A stretch of 64,000 bases of DNA. It comes from Enoplolaimus lenunculus. Taxonomy: Eukaryota. Location of the stretch: assembly GCA_030248215.1 (NCBI GenBank), contig JASANG010001402.1, forward strand, positions 372,001-436,000. Reading direction: 5' to 3'. The notes beneath the pieces are model-generated. The model saw only the letters and a list, made by a program, of their open reading frames with translations. It searched no databases and was not told the origin of the DNA. The position numbers and the translations under genes are program-made. Below are positions 41,521 through 52,430 of this stretch, piece after piece (position 1 is the first letter of the stretch; each line of letters begins with the position of its first letter).

Positions 41521-41834
41521 TAGCAATACTTCAATTTGTTCAATAGGTACTTGCAGAATAGTGCTGCTATACCTGGCATATTTAATTACTTTGTGTGTGC
41601 AAAATAATATTGCTAACATTGATGCGCATGTTTGCTGAGTTTAAATTTAAGTATAAACTTTGGGGTTGCGATTAATATGGTGAATGTGATGCATCTGCAG
41701 GTGTGCTGCTATGCAATCACAATTAGTACAAAAATCTTAGTTTAAATATCGTTTGTTATGTGGCACTAAGCTTTAAAGTGAGATGCACCTGCAGAATTGT
41801 GCTGCTATGCATCTATATTTACATTTTAGTGAAA

Positions 41835-42152
41835 ATGAGTGCAATCGAAGTGGTGCCAAATCACCCGCTTTCGCTTAATCATTGCTTCGCTGAAGGTCTG
41901 GCATTGGGCAACGTCCGAGGTATCAAATCTTTGCGTCAAGCGTATTTCTATATCTTGCTTTTACATCACGATAAACCGAAAGAAGCCCAACAGCTATTGG
42001 TTGATGAGGTAATGCATGGAATCCAGAGAGAATCGCCCAGTACGTGCAAAAAGTTGTTCCCGAGCCAAATGTCAATTTTTTATGTCACAGCGGGATATTT
42101 ACAAGTCAATTATGGCGCATCAATTGCAAATACCGGGAAATCCGTTTTGTGA
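41835..42152 (+). CDS. Small accessory ORF (105 aa) of the retrotransposon, or the frameshifted N-terminus of the SGNH ORF
   Basis: ATG at 41835 lies 5 nt after acceptor-like TTTACATTTTAG (41829); overlaps ORF 42016 in a different frame. No recognisable domain. Confidence 0.45.
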   Translation: MSAIEVVPNHPLSLNHCFAEGLALGNVRGIKSLRQAYFYILLLHHDKPKEAQQLLVDEVMHGIQRESPSTCKKLFPSQMSIFYVTAGYLQVNYGASIANTGKSVL

Positions 42153-43188
42153 AGTTTTTGAATCTGTTTTACTGCAGATTGAAGATCTGCAAAGTGTTGA
42201 ATTTCGTGTTTATACAGCAAAACACGACCTCGTATTTACATCTGGACTCAAATTTGGCGAATGGAAAACTCCGGTGCCAGGATTTGATGTCCATGGTATA
42301 AATCTGAAACAGCTCGCGCAAAGTCTAGCAAAAAGCAATGAGGTAGAAAACCCCATGTTTCAAGATATCATCACAAATTTTAAATTTTTCCATCCTGTTG
42401 TTAAAAAATCCGTACTTATTATTGGGGACAGCCAACCGCGTTTTTTCAAAAGCATTACATCTGGGGATGTCGTTCCAGTAAGTGGTGGAAAATACGGGGA
42501 TATGTTGCGTGTAATAAATTCTGGTCGCTTCCAACTATCAGACTACAAATGGATCCTAGTGTATTGTGGTACCAACTGCGCTATTAAGTTGACATATTCA
42601 GCTGCACAGCGAAGTCATGAATGGCGTTTGTTGCGTCAGGCGCTAATGACGGAAGCGTTAGCGCGCGATAAACCGACAGTGGTGTTCTGCTGCTCATTTG
42701 ATCACCCGAGTAATCCGCATAATGCCGCTCAGTGTTCTTTTGTGGAGCAACAGCTACAAGGCACTCCAGTTGTATGCATCAGTTGGAGGGACATTTCAAA
42801 CCCTTTTTTATTGCCTAATGGTCGCATAAATCTGGATTTTTTTCAAGTACGGCAAAAACGGGGTGTTATGGCGCGCGAAAAAGAAATTCATTTGAACCAC
42901 AACGGATTACGTATTCTTTGGGAAACATGGTGTCGCTATCTGCCCGATTTGAAATTTATCTCGTATTCGCTGTCGCCTGAACCACATAGTGTTATGAAAT
43001 CGGTATTCCAGCCGACAGAGTCAAATCCAAGTGAACCAGTGCGGGAAACTTCTGGAGCGGTTGGCAGTTGTACAACAGTGCGAAGTGTTGTGGTGCCATG
43101 TTCAAGCACAAACGAAGACTTTCGGGTATTTAATGAAGGGCACAGAAACCGTCCCTATAAACGTGGTTGGGACAGTCAGCAAAAATAA
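42016..43188 (+). CDS. SGNH/GDSL hydrolase-like (esterase/OSK-like) accessory protein inside the LTR element
   Basis: Intact 390-aa ORF between integrase and PPT. Block I VLIIGDS (42424-42432), block II VSGG, block III ILVYCGTN (42568-42576), block V EKEIHLNxxG (His at 42889), in the correct order and spacing. Confidence 0.8.
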   Translation: MESRENRPVRAKSCSRAKCQFFMSQRDIYKSIMAHQLQIPGNPFCEVFESVLLQIEDLQSVEFRVYTAKHDLVFTSGLKFGEWKTPVPGFDVHGINLKQLAQSLAKSNEVENPMFQDIITNFKFFHPVVKKSVLIIGDSQPRFFKSITSGDVVPVSGGKYGDMLRVINSGRFQLSDYKWILVYCGTNCAIKLTYSAAQRSHEWRLLRQALMTEALARDKPTVVFCCSFDHPSNPHNAAQCSFVEQQLQGTPVVCISWRDISNPFLLPNGRINLDFFQVRQKRGVMAREKEIHLNHNGLRILWETWCRYLPDLKFISYSLSPEPHSVMKSVFQPTESNPSEPVRETSGAVGSCTTVRSVVVPCSSTNEDFRVFNEGHRNRPYKRGWDSQQK

Positions 43189-43254
43189 TACAACGGGAGT
43201 TAACTTTATGCCAATGCGTAATTGCTAAGATTTATGGGTGTGGAGTCACGTTTT

Positions 43255-43263
43255 GAGGGGGAA
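43255..43263 (+). promoter_or_regulatory. Polypurine tract
   Basis: GAGGGGGAA directly before the 3' LTR. Confidence 0.85.
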
Positions 43264-43426
43264 TGTTCTGAAGAAGGAAAACAGGATTGAGGTATTTCTG
43301 GTTATTGCAAAGCAGTGGCTATTTTGCATATTCAAAACCTCAGAAAAGTACTATAATTTTAATACAGTCAGTGTAAAAAGGTGAAAGTGTGTGATACGGT
43401 TTCTAATAAATACAATTTTGCGTACA
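43264..43426 (+). repeat. 3' LTR (163 bp)
   Basis: Direct repeat of 35521-35684, followed by TSD CAGTG. Confidence 0.97.
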
Positions 43427-44329
43427 CAGTGCATGATCACTCTTTAGCATTCGTGCGCAATTTTGCCGAAATTTGCGTCGTACAAAATGTGTGACCGAGC
43501 AGGGTGTAAAATGATATGCTTTTTCGTTTCCGTTTCCGGCAAAAAACAGTATCCGTTTCCGTTCCTGTTATAGAAATACCGGAAATTCATTTATTTTTAC
43601 GTTCAAAATTAGTTATAAGTTTTACGAATAAATTTCTCGCATTTTTTCATTACAGATGTGCTGCAATTGTCCGCACTGAAACAAAAAATACGATGAGAAA
43701 AATACCGGATTTTATTACCGGAACTGGATTGTGAATATATCGGACTTTCTCAACGGAACCGGGTTTCCGGTTGCACCCTGATTTTATGAATTTATGTATG
43801 TATGATTATGATGTATAAAAAGCCACTTATTTACCGAAAAATTCATTTTTAACGCTATTTAATTGAAATCCTATGTGTTAAACACACTATACTGTCAAGA
43901 AACAAATGTAGTAGCAGGGAAACGTTTATGGAGTATGACAAGCTTTAAAAATTATAGTAAAACGCGCTCAGACAATGTTAAAAAATAAATTGCGCCAACC
44001 TGCTATTTTACGTAACAGCAGTTTGGCCTGGGTCAAAACTACGTTTCACCTCAAAGACCAATCATATATGATTATAGACACACAATACCGTTTAGCCAAT
44101 CAAAGTTGGTGTTTATACATCACATTTGTTTTGCGGCATCTCACAATCGATATTTGGCTTATGCCAAACTGCTATTTGCTTCTAAAGCGATTTGGCATAT
44201 GCCAATTGGTATTAATTGGCCTGCCGAAAAGGAGTCTACTCTAGTAAAGTTATATGTAAAAGTCGGCTTGTTAAAGTTTGTGGCCCACGTTACGCTTTTA
44301 GCACAACAAACAGGCTGCTTTATTGTGTT

Positions 44330-44530
44330 TCAGGCTAGGCTTAGGCTATCCTTAGGACTTCGGGTAAGGCTTAATAGGCTTAGCCTTAGTCATAATAGGC
44401 TAAGGGTTTAGGCTAAGCTTAGGCTATGGCTTAGGATTAGGCGAGGGTTTAGGCTTCCGCTTAGGCTAAGGCTTAGGCTTCAGCTATGGCTTACACTTTA
44501 GGCTAGGGCTTAAGCCAACGCTTAGGCTCT
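44330..44530 (+). repeat. Degenerate interstitial TTAGGC array
   Basis: About 200 bp of TTAGGC/TTAGGG/TAAGGC variants. Confidence 0.8.
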
Positions 44531-44904
44531 GGTTTGCGAGTAATTTACTGAGTTCAAATTCATTTCTTCGCCGCTTTATTCACACCCTCGAAAAAACCTC
44601 TGGTGCCCAACCCTGTCATGAAGTAATGAAGTCAATTAAGTTTCTTTTTGAACTGTCAATATTTGATTTTATACTGTCTCTGCATCATAACAAATATGTA
44701 TCGTACTTTATTTGACGGAAAAATTTCAATTGCTGTCTAACGGATTATAGTCATTGCACAAATTACAAATATTTTAAAATTATCATTTTCGAAGAATACT
44801 TCACTTTAAATTGAACGCAACATAAAAACGCTAATTGAATACTAGGTTCTACTTTGCTTACAAGGCGTTAAATAGAAGCATTTACTATAGCCAAGGTCGT
44901 CTTA

Positions 44905-45167
44905 TTATTCAGAACAAGTATATGTGTTTTCGCTCGCTTCTTTGCCCCATTTTCTCGGCTTGAAACTACATTCTTTCAGTATTGCTTTATGCTTTTTTAA
45001 GTGTCCTCTCATTTCGTCAGCGTACGCGTAAAACGCCGGTTCGCAACCTTTCCATACGTCATTTTGTTCGAGACAGTCAGTAACACATTGCACCCATTGT
45101 TCGTACGCCGAACAGTCTTTTTTCTCCAATTCACTGTCAGTGTTGCATTTGTTCCAACAGCTCTCTG
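44905..45167 (-). CDS. Terminal exon of an unknown Cys-rich, probably extracellular protein
   Basis: Acceptor TTCACTTTTCTAG| (phase 1); ESCWNKC...DCSAYEQWVQCVTDCL...GCEPAFY...KECSF...TCSE* with protein-like composition and 8 Cys. Confidence 0.6.
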
Positions 45168-45186
45168 CTAGAAAAGTGAACATTAA

Positions 45187-45449
45187 CCCTTTCTCAGATG
45201 AATATTTACAATTTCACATGAGATGTAATTTCAAGGTGAGATTCGAACCCCAGTCTCACGGGTGGGAGGCGTTTACGATGACCACTGAGCTATAGGAGCA
45301 TGACGCTCGAGCCCGAGGGGGCTCTTACGTCTTGTGGAGATTTAAAACTGCGCATATATGTTATAAATGTGAAACACTGCTCACAGTGTGTGTATTGCTT
45401 ATACATTATTGTATTTAGTTGCTCATAGTGTACTCTAGGAGCGAAAGGG
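45187..45449. mobile_element. piggyBac-type MITE carrying a tRNA-like segment
   Basis: TTAA|CCCTTTC...GAAAGGG|TTAA; minus-strand A-box TAGCTCAGTGG and B-box GGTTCGAATCTC; a diverged inverted copy with an insertion lies at about 45499-46033. Confidence 0.75.
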
Positions 45450-46288
45450 TTAAAGATGAAACAGAAATATTCATGTGAAAAGGTCAAACGGACAATTTTT
45501 TAACTCTTTCACTTTTAGAGTATACTATGAGTAACTAAACACAAATAATATACAAACAATACAGACAGTGTGAGCAGTGCGTAATAATTTTAACAAATAT
45601 GCGCTGTGCAAAATCTCTGTCAGTCTGGGTTGGAACTGGGACTTCAGACCTTTCTACTAAGCAGCTGAAAAGCGAGTTACGGGTGGTGTCAAACTAACCA
45701 CCTTCTGCGTGTCATGCAGACGCTGTTATCTCTGCGCCACGTAGCCCGCCTCTCCAACTGCATTTTCGTCGAATATGTGTCGGTTGACCGTATGATGTCA
45801 GCTAGCATACATACGTGCACTGCACTATATTGCATGTGCATCTAACGGACAAGCATGTCTCACATGCTTACAATCTCTAAAAGACGTGAGAGCCCCGTCA
45901 GTCTCGAGCGTCAAGTTACTACAGCTGAGTGGTCATTGTAAACGTCTCCCACCAGAGAGGCTCGTTATCGAATCTTACTTTGACATTAATACATCACATA
46001 TGAAATTAAAAATATTCATGTGACAAAGGCTTAAATTAATACTGTCGTTAATGGGAAAAAAGTTTTAGTCAAAAACAGTTTGCCAACCAAGAATCGTACG
46101 CGAGATAATTTTGATACAAGTCCATCATGTCTGCAGCATTTCGAAATTTTTTGACTTGAGATTATTTAGATTTTATGACAAAAATCCTTAGTCGCTACTT
46201 TGATTATGACTAGCAGAATTTCGATCCAAGTGTATGTTAAAAACACTAACGTATAGAACACGTTCTACACAGGGATGACTAATATCCA

Positions 46289-48389
46289 CAGCGCCGAATT
46301 AAAAAGGGGGCGGGGGGGCCGGGCCCCGGGCCTCCCATCAAAAGGGGCCATCCACCAACCGAAAACCGACGATATGTTTCAATTGTTAACAAGACAACAA
46401 AAATTTTTGCGCGAACCACGAAGTTATGCAAGCTTTGAAACATTTCATTGGTGAGCCCTCTCGGACATGCTCGGAGCGGCCAACTACTCTTATTCTAACG
46501 GCGTTTGTACCACTACGGCAGTTTTGTGGAGTACTGATTGCGTTCTTCAGTAGGGTTATATACAGCGGTGTACAAAATACCTTTCCAAATGTTGAGAAAG
46601 GTCTCGAGATTTATCTTATTTTCTGGTTTCTGCAAGGTCAGGACTAGTCAGATAAGCCTACGCCACCAGTGGCGGATCCAGGATGTCAAAATGGGGGGCC
46701 AAAATTTCACAGGTAATAAACTTACTTTTGACCCGCACACAAACCACGAATTATTGTCATAAAATTGCTATATAATTTTTGTCGAGATGCTGTTGGGGGG
46801 GCCACGGCCGGGGTGGCCCCCATGGATCCGCCATTGTACGCCACCTATAATTTGCGATTTCATACTTATGGTAGTACGATCAAAAGTTGTGTAGTCAGAT
46901 TAGCTCTATTCAGGACAGGAACTTTGCATTCCGACCTTAGAGCGCCCGTGCAATGGCAATCCTTATCCGTCATCATTGGACTATTTTAGACTAAATTTAA
47001 AAAATCATCAAGAATATTTATATTGACCCGGAGAGCAACAGTAAATATATAGACACATGTTCCTACTTTTTGTCAATGGCCCTTTCGGAGCACCAAATGT
47101 CCTCGCATATTCTTGCTCCTGGATAAAACTTCTGACCACCGAAGTAGGGTGAACACTCATACCAGGAAACAAAGGTTCGGATTCGGATTCAGCAAAAAGT
47201 TGCGGTTCATATTCGGATCCGGTTTCGGTTCTGAAAAACCGAATCAAAAAGCCGAATCCAGCAGTGTTTTGCAGTATGTTTTTCATTCGGATCCGGTTTC
47301 GGTTCTGAAAAACCGAATCAAAAAGCCGAATCCAGCAGTGTTTTGCAGTATGTTTTTCATTTTTTAAACAATAAAATTCAAGTAAATTGTTATAGAAATC
47401 AATTTTTTTGCATGTGGCATATCTCAGAACTGAGGTCGAGTTCGAAATATGTATATATTTACGAACGTTTAAAGTTATCCTGCTGGCATTGCGGTGATAT
47501 TCTGAAACAAACTATAGATATAAGTGAAATTCGCAACATGCAAGATTTGGTTTGAGATTCTGCAAATTAGCAATGGATTCGGATTCGGTTTCGGATTCGG
47601 TTGAATCGTGGATTCGGTGCCACCTCAGGTGTGTTGAAAGAAACTTTTGGAAAATATAGTGGTCGAAAAAGCAAGAATATGAAAGAAAACGAGACCCGCA
47701 TCGTCCATTTTCGGACGTCAGAAAATTTCTAGACTGGTGGAATTGTAAGTGACTTCTCTAAGGGCAAATCTAGAACAGTCTCTTGGCCGTAAATTTTGTT
47801 TCGTACTTTTGCTACAATTTCTTTTACTAAAATGTATCACTTTAAGCTTTGCACACAAAACACATTTTCGATATTTGAAGAAATATTTTCTTAAATTCAA
47901 GACAGTTATGTCTTAATTTAGACTCCAGATATATATTTCTTGAATGCAAGACATTACTTTCTGAAATTTTTCAGAAATATGTGTCTTAAATTCTTAAAAC
48001 TTAAATGTGTTAAATTTAAGAGTCTCTTTCATAAACGATTAAGACAATATTTCTGAAATATAAGACAAATGTGACTGAAATAAAAGACATGTTTTACATC
48101 AAGATTTGTCAGGGGAGTTGCGTTCTAAGTTGGGAGCTAAGCTCAACCAAATTCCTCAATTTTACAACCTAAGATACGTCCAAGACGTAAACTTAGGTTT
48201 GTGGGGAACCTGAGCTCAACCCGAAATATCTCTGAAATTCGATTATTTATATACTCTTTCAAGAATATAAATTGAGGAACTTTTTTTACATACATAAAAA
48301 TCAGAGGACCCCGGGCTCCTAGTCATAAGGACGCCCTGACCTCCTGGTCATATGGGCCCCGGGCCTCCTACCACCTTAATCCGGCCCTG
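46289..48389. mobile_element. 2.1-kb hAT-like non-autonomous element with nested MITEs
   Basis: TIR CAGCGCCGAATTAA...TTAATCCGGCCCTG; subterminal GGGCCCCGGGCCTCC at both ends; 8-bp flanks AATATCCA/AATATTCA. Confidence 0.65.
46667..46836. mobile_element. 170-bp hAT MITE
   Basis: TIR CAGTGGCGGATCC...GGATCCGCCATTG; perfect 8-bp TSD TACGCCAC; copies at about 18660 and 62765. Confidence 0.9.
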
Positions 48390-49039
48390 AATATTCATAA
48401 CGAATGGTGAAAGCCAGAACTTAAACAGGCCCGTGAGACTAAACCTAATTCTAAGCCTATACTTAAACTTAAACCAAAGCACAAGCTGTCGGCCCATTTA
48501 AGAGCGTCTGGTTATTTCTCTGAAAGCCAACAGTGTAAACTTAGGAAATTAGTATTTATGTTGAAGCTTACGTACGCTTGTGCTTTATAGGCTTATGCTT
48601 AGGAATACAGCTGACGTTTAGAGTTTACACCTTTGAAAATGGCATAGGTCTGCCATTTGTTATAAAAACTATTTCTGCGTCAAAGGATTTTCATTGCCAA
48701 AATATTTGATGTGGCTAAAATACTTAACTGCCTAAAATTTTGTAGGCTGCCATGCTTCAGACTCAATTGCGTCGCATGCTTATTGCATGCGAGCAGTTTT
48801 GCTTGAGTATAGAATTTACAAATTTCTAACCTGATGCAGTCGTCGCTAAAACTGTGATTACGACAAGCAAACGAAGCCTGAAATGTAAGCCATATTCAGA
48901 ATCAGCTAAGGCACGCAATCGCTAGAATCCTCCTGGTAAATTTTTTTAAACAACCGTCAAAAAATTCTCTGTTTAGACAGAGTGGGTAGGGATAACGCGG
49001 GCACCCAAAAGGGAGGGTCATTTTCTACAAATGAGCGTA

Positions 49040-49270
49040 TTTTCCCGCCGAGATTTGAATTTGCCGCCAAAATTTGAAAGATTTTCGAACAAAAAAATAC
49101 GTTTTGCCACAAAATCGTAAATTCACGAACAGAATTTGAGTCTTTCCGCCAAAATTTAAATTTCCCGCCCAAAAAATAATTTTTCCAGCAAAATTTAATT
49201 TTTCCGCCAAAATTTGAATTTTCCGCCAAAATTTGAAATTCTCTCAAGATTTAAACTTCCCGTTAAAAAT
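49040..49270. repeat. Minisatellite of roughly 20-bp GAATTTTCCGCCAAAATTT units
   Basis: Repeated CCGCCAAAATTT(G/A)AA motifs. Confidence 0.7.
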
Positions 49271-49929
49271 TTTCAAGTAAATTTTTTCCTCGAACTTAAA
49301 TTACTAGCTTCATCGTCTGTTCCGCAAAATATAAACGGTAAGAACGGTACGCTTAATTTTGTTAGTTTGAATAAGTTTTAACTGTACTTAAGAATATTCG
49401 CCAGCGGGAAGTAATAATTTTCACAGAGTACAATTTTAGTACAGTGCTGTGTAAAACTAACGGGGGGTTTCTTTTAACAGGGGTCATTTTTTCATTTGTC
49501 GCAGAGTAAAAATGACCAGGGGTGTTTTTAACGAGGTCATTTTTTCACACGACAGTTATTTAAAAATCAGACCCCTATGAAAATGTGTCTGGGGGTGATT
49601 TTTGCATGCGACACCGGTAATTCTGAGAAAGTTTAAATTGAAACTGTCGGCTAAAAGGTCCATTTTCTTCCGTAGCCCAATGCTGTCGGAAGCGGTCATT
49701 GTAAACGCTTGAATACAAAGACCTTAAAAATCGCGAATTACGTCACTGCCTTACGGAACCTCTATAAATATCCCAAGGACAACGTCACTTTCCTTTCGAA
49801 GTTGGGCCCATGTATACAACAGGGGCTTCCAGATTTCCAGGGTGGAGAACTTATGGCCAAGAGCGCAGCACAGCCACTCCTGTATGACGACTAGGAACTC
49901 CGCTGGTTTGGTAGGAGAAATCACAAGCA

Positions 49930-51195
49930 TAAAGTTTGCCTTGGAAAACTGGAAAAGTTAAAAATTCATAGCCTTAATACTCCCTGATTAGGTAGGGAAG
50001 ATCTGTAAATACTGGAAAAATGGAAAATTGAAAACGTATAGGTTTTCCACGGTTAGGTAGGAAAAGTTTGGAAGTAGTTTTTATTTGGAAAACGGGAAAA
50101 GTGGAAAATTTAAACGCCTACGATTTTCCCTGGGTTGGTAGGGAAAATTTGAACCATAGGTTTTGTATGGAAAACGGGAAAAGCTGAAAATTGAAAACGT
50201 ATAGAATTCAAGCACTATTCCAGTTTACCCCCACAATGAAACAGTTTCCCCCTCTACAATCTTTCACGTATATAAAGACAGATTGTGGGACCCCACTGCT
50301 ATTTGAAGGGATACAAAGAAGGATGGGGGGTGTCACCCCTCTCTTCCCCCACAATAAAAACCTCATTCCCCGCCACAATCTTTCACGTTTATTAAGTCAA
50401 ATTGTGGCCCCCTCCGACGATTTGGAATGATAATAATGCAGGATGAGCACCACAGTGTTCAAAACTGTTTCAGTCATTTTAACGGTTTCAATAACAAAAT
50501 GCTTAATGCAGGGGGCTTGGTGGGTGGTAGCCCCCATCCTGCCGGGGGTGTGGGGGGCGGCAACCCCATGAGGACCATAACGCAAAATTGACGAAAAATT
50601 TTCGCACTACAAACTAGTTTTAAAACAGGAAAACAAAACATTTTTTATGTTACGAGTGAAAAAGTAACTCACCCTCTCCACATTTGATTAGTGGCAACTA
50701 AAAACTTCAAAATTACCGGTATTCAAACACTAGGATATTGCCAGATTTCGTGGGAAAAATTCGAAGCGTAAAATGAAAACAAACGTTCAAATTTTCCACT
50801 TTTTTCGTTTTCCTGACCTCGCCTACACCTCTAATTCTGCCTACCAACCAAAATGAATCATATACCTAGGCTTTAATTTTTAACTTTTTCCATTGTCCGC
50901 ACCACACCACACATGCCAATTTTCCAGCCAGACCAACCGAACGGTTCCATCCCAACTAGACCTAGAGAAAAGCTATAAAGTTTTCCACTTTCCCGGTTTA
51001 CGAAACTCGCCTACGCTTCCAACTTTCCCTACCAACCAAAAGAAATCATATAGCTAGACTTGAATTTTCTACTTTTCGCGTTTTCCGAATCAATCCACAC
51101 ATCCCAATTTTCCAGCAAGACCAACCCAAACAGTTCCTTACCTGCCAGAACTATAGGAAACCTATACCATACGTTTCCCTTTGCCAAACTTAAAA
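49930..51195. mobile_element. Foldback-like element: modular GGAAAA-rich arms in inverted orientation
   Basis: 49930-50200 (GGTAGGGAAA...GGAAAAGTGGAAAATT units) is mirrored by 50790-51195 (AATTTTCCACTTTT...CCTACCAACC units). Confidence 0.5.
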
Positions 51196-51633
51196 TTTGA
51201 AATTTGTAGTTTCAAATATAATTTCTACCGGAACTTTCAAAATTGTGAGGTATATTGATTTTGTATTTAAGGTTGTCTTCAGAACAGTGAAAATATTTAT
51301 ACTACGGCTAGACTACTGAACAAATAAACAAACATACACCTGGGTACGCATGTTCAACAATGTTACGTCTACGTGTAAGTTGATGCAAATTGAACATTTA
51401 GTCGACTCTGCTATACTATTGGCTATTTATAATTTGAGTCAATTTTTACAGTCAAGAAGTCGATACAAAAGTGATGTAAGAGCCTGAGCCTAAGCCTAAA
51501 CATTACCAAAAATTAATTACCGGAATGTGTGGATTTTATGACGACGCAACAAATATCTAACAAGCATTCAGACTCGAAATTGGTACAATGACGACCATAA
51601 TAGAAATATATGGACAATGTATAAAACCTTTCT

Positions 51634-51932
51634 AAAGCCCCATTCACACGTGCAAGTTTTTGCAGCGAGAACTCGCAGCTGCAAATTGCACGAAATACTT
51701 GCAGCAGGAAACATTTTCAAAGGAACATTCCGATTGGCCAATCAAACTGCAGGTGCAGAAATTCACGCGACTTGCAACTACGTTGTCAGGTGCGAATTAA
51801 ACTCAATAGCATAAATTTCAGTGAATAATTTGCAGCTGCAAGAACTTCAAAGTTGTTTGTAACCAAATTTGCGCGTGCAAGTTGCACGTGCAAGTTTTTG
51901 CTGCAAAAACTTGCACGTGTGAATCACGCTTT
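51634..51932. mobile_element. PIF/Harbinger-like MITE
   Basis: TIR AGCCCCATTCACACGTGCAAGTTTTTGCAGC...GCTGCAAAAACTTGCACGTGTGAATCACGCT, flanked by TAA/TTA. Confidence 0.65.
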
Positions 51933-52430
51933 AACGTCTAAAATATTTCTGGATTCCAGGGAACAATAAATTTTCTCGCTCGCAATGCACGCGCCACAAA
52001 ACAACTTTTGGATGTTGCCGTACCCAGCGGAAATTATCCTCCCAATTTTTAAGGGCCCCCACCCTAACCGGTTAAAACAAAATCCGCCGAAGTTGGAGTT
52101 TGGGAGCAGCCCCACACCTGTCTGCTCCGACACTGCGCCCAACCTGTATGCAACAGATTGCTCTGTAAATTTTACGCCTTCAGTAAGACTGGAATCTTAA
52201 ACGTTTTCCTTTTGTATTCATCCGGTTGTTCCAGATGTGGAGCGGTACCAGCGGAAGTGCCCCCAAACCCCTAATTGGGGGATGTGCTCGTGGACCACAA
52301 AGTCATAGAGCTGTGAAACGTTCTATTAGAATCCCTTCGGATATTTTAGATGGACTGTCTTTCATGCCGCACATATTTCGGAGCGACAAACTTAACGCCG
52401 GACATGTTTGTGGGGCATTAATCCTAACGG

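Larger units (their letters stand above)
35521..43426 (+). mobile_element. Full-length BEL/Pao LTR retrotransposon with additional 3' ORF(s)
   Basis: TG...CA LTRs at 35521-35684 and 43264-43426; TSD CAGTG at 35516-35520 and 43427-43431; PBS and PPT present; domain order Gag (3 Cys-His boxes)-PR-RT-RH-IN. Confidence 0.97.

Noticed and set aside
42016..43188. Interpreting the extra ORF as a classical env glycoprotein
   Set aside because: No signal peptide, transmembrane anchor or Cys-rich ectodomain is visible; the motifs fit the SGNH fold instead.
47210..47361. Tandem ~76-bp duplication (also 27-28 bp x2 at ~31637 and 39-bp units at ~56773) as a CRISPR-like array
   Set aside because: Direct tandem duplications without unique spacers, in eukaryotic DNA.
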